DNA from: an uncultured Candidatus Saccharibacteria bacterium
GTDB lineage: Bacteria > Patescibacteriota > Minisyncoccia > Phycocordibacterales > UBA5272
Direction of reading: 5' to 3'
Length of the DNA stretch: 64,000 bases
NCBI GenBank assembly: GCA_964546555.1
Contig: CAZJJX010000006.1
Coordinates: 545-64,544 of the forward strand
A model generated the notes under the pieces. It was not told the origin of the DNA. It saw only the letters and a program-made list of their open reading frames with translations, and ran no database searches. Position numbers and translations under genes: made by a program. Position 1 is the stretch's first letter. Every line of letters begins with the position of its first letter. This document shows, in pieces, positions 1 through 7,674 of this stretch.

Positions 1-232
1 GATCCAACGTCTAGTGCCGTTGCTGATGAAGTGGGTAAGTGTTGCTTAAGTGCTTGTATTGCTTTTTCTACTTCAAGAATCCATATGATGCAACTTATTC
101 TAACATAGAGTTTTGAGTATTCTATGGAAAATAGCACGTTCAAAAATAAAGACTAATACGAGAAAAATGTTTGACTAAACATAGTACTAATGGTAGTTTA
201 TAACAGTCGTTCATTCTACCGGAGGTGCACAC

Positions 233-784
233 GTGAGACTTATATCTTATAGTGAAGCAGAGAACAAAGTTATAAATCTAAAAGATCGTCTAGGAAAACC
301 CGTCGACCAAGGAATAACTGAGGCACTAATTCATTGCACGCGTTTTGTGCAAGCTCTAGGTTTTGAAACAAGCCAAAGCTGTGAAGGTCATATCGACTGG
401 AGTTTTCCTTTTCCATGGATTGAGTTTTGTGTCCCGCATACAGAGGTGAAGGTACCTGCAGCTTGGCAGGTTTGGAAACTTCGCAATCGTACTCGTGCTA
501 TTTTAGAAAATACAAGGCATAAGAAAAATGAAGAAGAAAAGATTGATCAATTTTGTACAATGATGACAAAATATCTGCTTGAATATAAAAGATTCAAAAA
601 TATACCCATTGAGTCACATATGCATGTTTATCGATGGAATCCATTTAGGTTTCGTTTGCAGCCAACATATAGCTGGTTATCAGAAGGGTACAAAAAGCAG
701 GCGATTATCAAGAGCTCGACAAGTTACTCAATCTTCAGCGGAATGTACTTACTTCTTTTGCTTCATTTTGTGTTGATCGACTAA
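233..784 (+). CDS. hypothetical protein
   Basis: 183-aa ORF with a GTG start. I recognise no family motif. Confidence 0.4.
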   Translation: MRLISYSEAENKVINLKDRLGKPVDQGITEALIHCTRFVQALGFETSQSCEGHIDWSFPFPWIEFCVPHTEVKVPAAWQVWKLRNRTRAILENTRHKKNEEEKIDQFCTMMTKYLLEYKRFKNIPIESHMHVYRWNPFRFRLQPTYSWLSEGYKKQAIIKSSTSYSIFSGMYLLLLLHFVLID

Positions 785-1006
785 AATACGAAAAAAAACT
801 TTGTTGGAATTCCCGAAGAAGGATGTCCTGGTTGTATGGGTCGTGGTTAATATGTGGCAACCTCACTAATCCCTCGCATGGCGCGAGGGTTTTTCTTTTA
901 GTGTGTTTAATTAGATATAGTAATGATTGTAATTATACTAGTACTGTTAAACTATTTTACAAGAATAAACCGCCTTCGAATGGTTTCATCCAAAGGCGGT
1001 TGTTGG

Positions 1007-1411
1007 TTACTTGAGTGATTTCTGCAACGTATGGAATTGATACACTATTGTTGCATCTTCCGTGATCTTCTTGATAAGGTCAGTAAGTGAAAGAGTTGGC
1101 CTTTTCATAGCTTCAGCACAGACATGCTCGAGAACTTGCTTCATGTCAGATTTTATTACTTCAGGGTCGGCGTCACATGTATCGAGTTGGGTAATTTGGT
1201 CAATCACTTCTGCCCACCCAACTGGAACCATTGCGACGACCTGCTTACCATGAATCACGAGTGCGGCAGGCTCTCCTGTGCCCCCACTTCTTCTACGTGC
1301 ACTTTCAGATCTCTTCGCAGCTGAAATGCTTTGACTTTTTTCACTGTGTTCTCCTTTAATTAAAAATAACCTACAAAGCATAATACTATACATCAAACCT
1401 ACTTTAGTCAA
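1007..1411 (-). CDS. hypothetical protein, weakly Phd/YefM-antitoxin-like; start uncertain
   Basis: The TTG start overlaps the TGA stop of the upstream GIY-YIG gene (TTGA). The segment GEPAALVIHGKQVVAMVPVGWAEV resembles the Phd/YefM core pattern. Confidence 0.4.
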   Translation of the reverse strand: MTKVGLMYSIMLCRLFLIKGEHSEKSQSISAAKRSESARRRSGGTGEPAALVIHGKQVVAMVPVGWAEVIDQITQLDTCDADPEVIKSDMKQVLEHVCAEAMKRPTLSLTDLIKKITEDATIVYQFHTLQKSLK

Positions 1412-1680
1412 TTATCGTAGTGTAGGGGTAATGTAGAAGAATCTTGAAATAAAGTTATTTTCTTTTCTCTTTTCCAGCGTTTAATTTCAGCTTCTCTTTT
1501 GAGGGCTTCGCTAAGCGTCTGGTGTTCTTCTTTATATTTTAGAACTACTGGCCGCCTAATTTTCGTATAGTGAGCACCTCTCTTAGAATGATTATGTTGA
1601 GATAGTCTTCTTACTATATTGTTGGTTGATCCGACACACAATGTCTTGTCTGCGCATTCAAGGATATATACGAAATACAT
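1408..1680 (-). CDS. GIY-YIG nuclease family protein (small UPF0213/YhbQ-like type)
   Basis: The pattern MYFVYILEC..LCVGSTNNIVRRLSQHN...ALKREAEIKRWKREKK matches the GIY/YVG, Arg and Glu motifs of stand-alone GIY-YIG proteins. Confidence 0.85.
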   Translation of the reverse strand: MYFVYILECADKTLCVGSTNNIVRRLSQHNHSKRGAHYTKIRRPVVLKYKEEHQTLSEALKREAEIKRWKREKKITLFQDSSTLPLHYDN

Positions 1681-1793
1681 ATTTTAATTCTAGCACTTCC
1701 GATTTGGTTTAAGTCAATTCTTTACTTAAGGTCGATTTTAAAAGTAAAGTGCTACATTGTGATAAAAAAGTGCTTAGATATTACCCGATATAT

Positions 1794-1822
1794 TTGACAT
1801 ACCACAATATACATTGTAGTAT
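1794..1822 (+). promoter_or_regulatory. sigma70-type promoter candidate for the 1852 ORF
   Basis: TTGACA (1794-1799), 17-nt spacer, TAGTAT (1817-1822). An AAGGA Shine-Dalgarno sits before ATG 1852. Confidence 0.5.
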
Positions 1823-1851
1823 GTACTTATCCTATCAACATAAGGAAAAAC

Positions 1852-2388
1852 ATGAAATATGATGTTCTTTTAGTTGCTGCTGCACTAGATGAGTTGTCAA
1901 AAGAGTCTAAGGTTGGATCAATGGATAACGCGCAGATTGTTGTTAATGCTTTCCATGATCTTGAACCACGAGAACTTATTGTTGCCGAAGTGACTCGTAC
2001 CAAAAAAGGTAGTTCTACTGAAGGTCAGACAAATCTTGGTAACGTGTCATTAAAACATGAAGATGAACGAGTCACCGATGTTCGTGGTGTAAAGTATGCA
2101 AGAGTTGGTAAGTGGAAGATCTGGCGTTCTGTAGATAGAAAAAGAAAAAGTGTTTCAAGGATTTGGTTTGTCCATTTTCTTTCACAAGGTGTTCACGATG
2201 GAGCAAGAGATCGTGAATTCTACGTTGAATATGATCAGAATCTTGTTCCAAAGGGTTTTGCGTATATGGGGGAGATACAGCAGATGTTTCGCTTTTTTCG
2301 ATTTACTTTCTTCAAGAAGAAAACTGTGGTCGTCTTTGGGGAGGTTTGCGACACACAAGATGAATTTCTTGTTACTTTTGGTTCATAA
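1852..2388 (+). CDS. hypothetical protein
   Basis: 178-aa ORF with its own promoter-like signal, an SD and a downstream terminator. Confidence 0.5.
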   Translation: MKYDVLLVAAALDELSKESKVGSMDNAQIVVNAFHDLEPRELIVAEVTRTKKGSSTEGQTNLGNVSLKHEDERVTDVRGVKYARVGKWKIWRSVDRKRKSVSRIWFVHFLSQGVHDGARDREFYVEYDQNLVPKGFAYMGEIQQMFRFFRFTFFKKKTVVVFGEVCDTQDEFLVTFGS

Positions 2389-2411
2389 GTTTAGATTTAA
2401 AAAACAATAAT

Positions 2412-2437
2412 AAAAAACTCGCTTCGGCGAGTTTTTT
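2412..2437 (+). terminator. rho-independent terminator
   Basis: AAAAAACTCGC-TTCG-GCGAGTTTTTT: a GC stem with a UUCG loop, flanked by an A-run and a T-run. Confidence 0.8.
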
Positions 2438-2679
2438 CTATGCAAAAAATTTGTGCTAAAGGTATAGTTGCGGATAATCGGAAAATGGAAAATCGGGCTA
2501 GAAAAGGGGTCATGCACAATTTATTTATAAAATGCGCGGTGTACTACAATTCAAACTAGGAAATAGGCGAATTGTCTACGTCGAATTTCGGTTACGGTAA
2601 GAGGGTGTAGTAATAGTCATGGTATGTATAAAAGTATATCAGTTGAGGTTATAATAGAGTGTATTGTATTTAAAACATG

Positions 2680-2709
2680 TTGACTTATTACTAAGTGAAA
2701 GTATATAAT
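2680..2709 (+). promoter_or_regulatory. orphan sigma70-type promoter candidate
   Basis: TTGACT (2680-2685), 18-nt spacer, TATAAT (2704-2709). No ORF follows. Confidence 0.45.
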
Positions 2710-2715
2710 TTGCTT

Positions 2716-2780
2716 CTAAGCTCTGATGGACACGAAATCTAAGCACACACGCATAGATGTCCTCAGGGCTTTTCCTTTTG
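2716..2780 (+). ncRNA. candidate small RNA (hairpin plus U-rich tail), family unknown
   Basis: Arms 2719-2733 and 2756-2770 give about 14 bp (one bulge, one G-U) around a 22-nt loop, followed by TTTCCTTTTG. The hairpin starts a few nt after the predicted TSS. Confidence 0.3.
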
Positions 2781-2820
2781 CTTAGTATATAGGATGAAGT
2801 TGGGACTTTTTATAACAAGA

Positions 2821-2856
2821 AACCGCCTCCCAACGGTTTCGTTGAGTGAGGCGGTT
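2821..2856 (-). terminator. rho-independent terminator of the 2855-3160 ORF
   Basis: AACCGCCTC...GAGGCGGTT stem. On the minus strand it is followed by a U-rich tract and it overlaps the stop codon. Confidence 0.6.
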
Positions 2857-3160
2857 ACAGCTTTTCATCTGCAATTATTGCATGGAGACCGATACACCCA
2901 ATCAACCAAAACCATCCCGGGAATAACAAAAAAATTCCCATGATCACGATGGTTGTGCTTCCTGTAAGTATTGGTAGACCGTCGCTGTCGGGATCAAGGT
3001 TTGGGGTAAACTTCACCCAGATTTCGGGGTAGTAAAAAGAAGTCAGAAACCAAACTAGTCCTACTACAAAAATCGTCATTGAGATTTTGTTAGCAATTTC
3101 TTTGCGAGTCACTTTATTTCTCCTTAGTTTAATGATCAGATTCATGACACACTCTATCAT
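2855..3160 (-). CDS. small integral membrane protein, hypothetical
   Basis: 101 aa with three hydrophobic helices. Confidence 0.5.
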   Translation of the reverse strand: MIECVMNLIIKLRRNKVTRKEIANKISMTIFVVGLVWFLTSFYYPEIWVKFTPNLDPDSDGLPILTGSTTIVIMGIFLLFPGWFWLIGCIGLHAIIADEKL

Positions 3161-3347
3161 TTAAAATTAATCTGTCTAGTTGGCTAGGGTTACCGCCCTA
3201 CTACTTTATTATAAATTTATCGATAAAATTTTAAGACTGTGTATTTGAGTCTTCACACATATTGTGTGTATTTGTGTGGATGATGTTCTCCTAGAACCTG
3301 CGGTATTGGAAAATAATTACATCATAGATAAATGTTATACTGATGGA

Positions 3348-3438
3348 ATGGCAACTCTTATATTCGGTGTTGGTGTCCCTGGTTCAGGGAAGACAACAAT
3401 TCTACAAAAATTATCTAAAAACAATAGTATTGACATTG
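3348..3438 (+). pseudogene. N-terminal fragment of a P-loop NTPase/kinase, truncated by IS insertion
   Basis: MATLIFGVGVPGSGKTTILQKL carries a Walker A motif. The reading frame runs straight into the IS inverted repeat at 3439, and no continuation is visible after 4386. Confidence 0.6.
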
Positions 3439-4386
3439 TGTCAATACTAAAGTGTATATTAATCAAGCGTTGTATACACTCTTCAAGTACTTCTCAAGCC
3501 TTTCAAGCGGAGTAGATTCTAGTGTCTGATGAAATCTCGATTGATTGTAGAATGAAGTATACGCATAGAGATGCCTCCTTCTGTGCTCTCGTGAGATATG
3601 GTTAGATCTGGTTTTGGAGTGCCATTCTTCCATTAAGGTACGTATAACACGTTCTGCTTTTCCATTCGTCCATGGATGCTTCACTTGAGTAAAGGATTGA
3701 GTGAGTTTCTCTCGTCTACAGATATCAACGAAAGGATGTCCAACTCTTCCCTTGTATTCACTACCATTGTCTGAGTACACACCTCGTACAGTAAATGGCA
3801 TAGCTCTCATAACTTCTTCTAAAAAGATAGCAGAAGAGTAACTTGTCTTGTCAGGGAATATATCAGCATAAAGCCACCTTGAGTGATCATCTATTTCTAC
3901 AAAGAGATATTCCCGTGGTTGAGTAATACCTTCACCTCGAAGAAGAGGTAGTCGCTTCGTATCAAAATGAATCATTTCTCCTGGTGTATTCTTTTCATAT
4001 CTTCGTTCTCTATGCTCTTTCTTTCTTTGTTTCTCTTCCAGTATTACGATAGTCTTTTCTAGTTTCTTTAATCCTCGTTCTAGATTTCTCCATCGTTCAT
4101 TAATACTTAGTCTGTTATTAAAAATACCAAGTTTAGCATCCTTAATTGTTTCATAGACAGTTCTTCTTGTTACTTTGTATTCTTTAGCAAGTACGGTTAC
4201 ATTTCCTCGTTCTTTCTATCGTCTAAAGATCTCCCTTCGCTCATAGGGTAATAATTTGGTATTCTTATGCATACAAAAAGCGCGTAATTAGTTATTAAGA
4301 TTTGAACACCTTAATTATTACGTGCTTTTTGTATTTTTAGAATGAACTGTATACAACGCTAATTATATATACATTAATACTTGACA
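3439..4386 (-). mobile_element. IS481-family-like insertion sequence (~948 bp)
   Basis: Imperfect ~40-bp terminal inverted repeats, TGTCAA...AGCGTTGTATACA at 3439-3478 and the reverse complement at 4347-4386. They enclose a DDE/rve transposase. Confidence 0.75.
3463..4272 (-). pseudogene. IS481-type DDE transposase with an in-frame TAG at codon 19
   Basis: From ATG 4272 the frame reads MHKNTKLLPYERREIFRR-TAG(4216-4218)-KERGNVTVLAKEYKVTRRTVYE (HTH). It then continues in the same frame into the rve core (IDDHSRW, SDNGSEY, HPWTNGKAERVIRTL). Confidence 0.7.
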
Positions 4387-4408
4387 AATATATTTAAAAT
4401 GCTATAAT
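4381..4408 (+). promoter_or_regulatory. outward-facing hybrid promoter candidate (-35 inside the IS end)
   Basis: TTGACA (4381-4386, the last 6 nt of the IS inverted repeat), 16-nt spacer, TATAAT (4403-4408). Confidence 0.45.
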
Positions 4409-4414
4409 GGGATG

Positions 4415-4525
4415 GTAGCGCATTAGGGGGATGGTGGGACTTTACTGCGGGCTTCAATGCCTTCAGACATCATGAATTCCCGGCTACATGACCCGTCAGC
4501 ATAAAGTTGACGGGTTCTTTATTTT
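4415..4525 (+). ncRNA. candidate ~110-nt structured transcript ending in an intrinsic terminator; family unknown
   Basis: GC-enriched stretch with a repeated GGGATGGT word. Terminator hairpin CCCGTCA/TGACGGG (4492-4514) plus TTCTTTATTTT. Confidence 0.3.
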
Positions 4526-4576
4526 GCTTGGGTCACAAGATGATGTTGGAACTATAATATTTAATAAGCATGTTAA

Positions 4577-5023
4577 AATGTATGTATTAAATACTTCATT
4601 ATAGTTCGATGCGGACAATATGAAAACAGTCACCTTATAGAAGAAGGTAAGGAGGTTATGTTATCTGCTGCAACTAGGTTGCAATTATTTTGTTAAAATA
4701 AAAAATTAGCTGTTGTCGCATCATCTACACCTCGTGCCTTTGAAAGTGGTCAGATTATTGTAAATATTTTAGGCACGGAGCTACTAGTCAATGATTCACT
4801 GTGTGCTGCAGAAGAGGAGGGGAAATTTCCTAACAATGTGAAAGCTAAAGAATTTGTAGAAAGTTTCGGGAATGATATTGAAGTTCTTATAGCTATTGCG
4901 TCTCGAGAATATATCGAGACTCTTCCCGCATATCTTCTTTCACAAAATCTTAAAACTAATCTTAATCGTGGCGAATGTCTTGTAATAGATTTAGAGAAAA
5001 AAGAAATTAGTTATTTGAAATGA
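4577..5023 (+). pseudogene. histidine phosphatase (SixA/PGAM-type) pseudogene
   Basis: A single frame reads FIIVRCGQYENSHLIEEGKEVMLSAATRLQLFC-TAA(4694-4696)-NKKLAVVASSTPRAFESGQII...VLIAIASREYIETL. The RHG motif is RCG, there is no in-frame ATG, and there is an internal stop. Confidence 0.55.
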
Positions 5024-5202
5024 TTTTGCTGCCTCTAGTAAGCAAGTTCAGAACTTTGAATTGGTCGCAGGTAGAAAAAGAGATGAGGTTGTTTGATTCT
5101 TTTGTTGGAAGATAGCCAAATAAAAAGAGAGGATTTCTAGTTATAACATTTACCAATTCTTTCAAGAATTACAGGGTTGGTTGGAACTGGTATACTAAAG
5201 GT

Positions 5203-6201
5203 ATGGAAGGAAGTATCGAAAAGAAAAAACCAATGATTACTTTTAAAAATCAACCAAAACTTTCTGAGGATGAGGTTGATAAGAAACGTAATGAATTACG
5301 CGTAGCCCTTGTCTCCCATATTTCAAACTTTCTAGAGACTGATGAGTATTTTCAAGGGAAAGAAGTTATTGTCGAGTTTTCTGAGCAAGGAGTTTCATCG
5401 TTGGTGTGTTTTATTGAAACTGGTGATAAAAAATTTGTTCTAAAAATACCTTTGAATAGTACTGTTTTAGCTGGAGATGAAGCTCTCTTTCTGAAAACAT
5501 GGGAAGCATCTGGTGTTTCAGTCCCTCATGTTTTTAAAGAAGGCATGTTGGGGACTAGTTCATATCTTTTAATGCAATATATCGATGCACCAACTGTTCA
5601 GCAAAAATATAAAGATGGTAATGAAAACAAAGAGAACGGCTACTTTGAAGCAGGTAAAACTCTTCGAGTAATGCATAAACAAGAAGCGATAGGTTTCGGA
5701 AAAGTTATTAACGGAAGAGGTGAGTATGATTCTTTTGCAGAATGGTTGAATTCAGGTGATATGGAGAAAAGAGAGAAATACATACAAGAGCAACATCTCT
5801 TGGGTGAAGAACATGGATCAATTTCTCAAGCCAAAAATACTTTGATAAATTTTGCTGGGGGAAACTCTAAAAGTAGTTATTTACATTTTGATTACAGCAC
5901 GGGGCATTTGTTTGCAACCATACCATTAACTGTTTTCGATCCAGACCCGCTTTTTAATAATAGATATATAGATCTAGGCCGTACATTTGTAAACTACATA
6001 GCTCAAACAGAAGAATACCCAAAAAAACTTTTAGAAGGATATTGTGATGGAGAAGAAATAGATGAAAAAGCATTACATGCAGCAATTTTCATAAATATTG
6101 TTTATAAAATTCCTTATCAGCACCAAAAGGGAAGGATGCAAGTTATTCAGAATTTACAGAATTATTTGATACAAAATAAATATATATTAGAGTTGAAATA
6201 G
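5203..6201 (+). CDS. phosphotransferase-family kinase (APH/choline-kinase-like fold)
   Basis: FVLKIP (Lys), LMQYIDAP hinge, LHFDYSTGHLF and DPDPLFNNRYIDLG correspond to the HxD..N and DxD motifs of APH-type kinases. Confidence 0.65.
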   Translation: MEGSIEKKKPMITFKNQPKLSEDEVDKKRNELRVALVSHISNFLETDEYFQGKEVIVEFSEQGVSSLVCFIETGDKKFVLKIPLNSTVLAGDEALFLKTWEASGVSVPHVFKEGMLGTSSYLLMQYIDAPTVQQKYKDGNENKENGYFEAGKTLRVMHKQEAIGFGKVINGRGEYDSFAEWLNSGDMEKREKYIQEQHLLGEEHGSISQAKNTLINFAGGNSKSSYLHFDYSTGHLFATIPLTVFDPDPLFNNRYIDLGRTFVNYIAQTEEYPKKLLEGYCDGEEIDEKALHAAIFINIVYKIPYQHQKGRMQVIQNLQNYLIQNKYILELK

Positions 6202-6277
6202 TGACTTTACACAGCTAGTTCTGAAACCTGTTATGGTTATAAAAAATAACTATTGTAAAATATAGTTCAATAAGTTG

Positions 6278-6348
6278 CTGGGGTACAAGGACTCGAACCT
6301 CGATACTCAGGACCAAAACCTGATGTCCTACCATTAGACGATACCCCA
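6278..6348 (-). tRNA. tRNA-Gln (anticodon UUG)
   Basis: The reverse complement folds as a cloverleaf: TGGGGTA TC GTCT-AATGGTA-GGAC A TCAGG TTTTGGT CCTGA GTAT CGAGG TTCGAGT CCTTG TACCCCA G. CCA is not encoded. Confidence 0.9.
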
Positions 6349-6365
6349 ATTTATATTTACAATTA

Positions 6366-6475
6366 TGTACGTTTCGAATCTTTAGCGTCCTTCGTACTCA
6401 GGACCGCACTATTTTACCGTTCGCAGGCTCACTCGCTGATGTTCTACCACTTAACAGGACTGCGATTTCTACAGA
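6366..6475 (-). pseudogene. decayed tRNA-Gln-like copy
   Basis: TCGTACTCAGGACC (6392-6405) and CTGATGTTCTACCACTTAACAGGA (6435-6458) match the adjacent tRNA-Gln. The anticodon loop is replaced by about 33 nt, and the T-arm and acceptor cannot pair. Confidence 0.45.
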
Positions 6476-6581
6476 TTGATTACAATCTAAGAAATCGGGA
6501 GCATTAGACTACATTCGGCATTGCTGTGTCTCAGTACTGCGTTTTCAACAAAGTGAGTACACTTTAAGAAAACGGGAGGAT
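6459..6581. repeat. two paralogous 47-nt units, each containing a 35-nt hairpin
   Basis: Units at 6459-6504 and 6536-6581, with hairpins at 6463-6497 and 6540-6574. Three paired substitutions preserve base pairing. Confidence 0.65.
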
Positions 6582-6880
6582 GCCCCAAAACAGTTGTTAG
6601 TTTTCAGTGAATTCTGAATCTGATTTCTCAGCATTCATTTAGTTTTTTTACTATTCTACTATTCACTGACCACTAATAACTATCACAAAATACTACCATA
6701 TTCGTAGACTTTTTTCCATTGCTTGTATTTTGTCTTTAGCTAAAAGGCAAATGCTAAGGGCTAAATGCTTATATTTCGTGTTATTCACCTAATCCACAAT
6801 AAGACCATAAAAAGATTGCTTGCGCGAGAGAAAGAGCGAGGGGTATACTCAAGTACATTACTATTAAAAATAATTCACGT

Positions 6881-7159
6881 ATGTCTTCATCAACCTCGAA
6901 TCATGTCACGGGCGCAGAACACGAAAGTTTGCTCAGTAAGACACTTCACTCTGAAGTAGCACTGTCAGATTCAAGAATGGCATTACGTGAATTTGCTCAT
7001 AGAAAATTTATTCCTGCAATCAAGCGTGCTCAAGCAGATGATGACACACAGCAAACATTTACATCAGCAGCAACAAACCTTGCTATGGCTGGCTGGATCC
7101 TTACAGAATTAGCACTCCGTGCTGCTGAGCTTGCTGAAAAAAAGAATATTACGGTATAA
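6881..7159 (+). CDS. hypothetical protein
   Basis: 92-aa ORF with no recognisable motif. Confidence 0.4.
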   Translation: MSSSTSNHVTGAEHESLLSKTLHSEVALSDSRMALREFAHRKFIPAIKRAQADDDTQQTFTSAATNLAMAGWILTELALRAAELAEKKNITV

Positions 7160-7244
7160 AGTTGTACCCTTGACGTTTTATCTATTTTGTGAGAGAGTAA
7201 CGTTATAAAGATGCCTTATAATACAAGGTTAATCGAGGAAAATT

Positions 7245-7535
7245 ATGGCAATAAGTCAAGAATTACGAAAAGCACTAGAAAAAACTAAGCTTACCTTCGA
7301 AGAGCTTAGGGCTTTTGAAGCTGGGCTTATGCTTCTTACACCTGTTGAACAAAAAGAGTTTCTAAGTATCGTAGAAGAAAATCCAGAGCTCGTGTATCCA
7401 CTTTATATTAACTTCAAAGCTAAACTTCACGCGGCACAATATGGTGACGAAGAATGGCAGGAGGCAATCGAGCGTGAACTCTTTGAACTGGAAGAATACA
7501 TGAAGCGAAGACGGGTAGGGGATGAGATAGTGTAG
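7245..7535 (+). CDS. hypothetical protein
   Basis: 96-aa acidic helical ORF. A GAGGA SD sits 5 nt upstream (AAATT spacer), and a terminator follows. Confidence 0.55.
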   Translation: MAISQELRKALEKTKLTFEELRAFEAGLMLLTPVEQKEFLSIVEENPELVYPLYINFKAKLHAAQYGDEEWQEAIERELFELEEYMKRRRVGDEIV

Positions 7536-7574
7536 TCAGCTTGTGGCTAGTAGCTTGTAGTGGCTAGCTTAAAA

Positions 7575-7608
7575 ATACTGAGCGCACCGTAGGTGCACTC
7601 AGTATTTT
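7575..7608 (+). terminator. rho-independent terminator
   Basis: ATACTGAG-GCACC...GGTGC-CTCAGTAT stem followed by TTTT. Confidence 0.75.
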
Positions 7609-7674
7609 GTATGTATTCTACGAACTAATAGCTAAAGGCTACCGCTTTCCAGTTAATCCTTATATACTAGAGAC

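Noticed and set aside
1-150. Possible partial minus-strand ORF running off the left edge (..ILEVEKAIQALKQHLPTSSATALDVG)
   Set aside because: It has only about 50 open codons, only TTG/GTG start options, and no motif. This is not enough to call.
4216-4218. In-frame TAG in the transposase as evidence for stop-codon reassignment
   Set aside because: All long housekeeping ORFs in the window are intact under the standard code, and TAG/TAA/TGA all appear as ordinary terminators next to terminator hairpins. A single nonsense mutation in an IS is the simpler reading.
4409-4490. Fluoride (crcB) or other known riboswitch upstream of the 4492-4525 terminator
   Set aside because: Only a GATGG word is shared with the crcB motif. 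The second conserved half is absent, and the downstream gene is a dead phosphatase, not a transporter.
6353-6650. Non-coding region beside tRNA-Gln as tmRNA, RNase P RNA, SRP RNA or a group I intron-containing tRNA
   Set aside because: There is no GGGG...ACCA acceptor pairing or tag ORF ending in a typical tmRNA tag. The GAGGAAAGTCC / ACAGAA..GGCTTA RNase P blocks are absent. There is no GGAA-capped helix 8 with an AGCA loop. No complementary tRNA halves flank the region.
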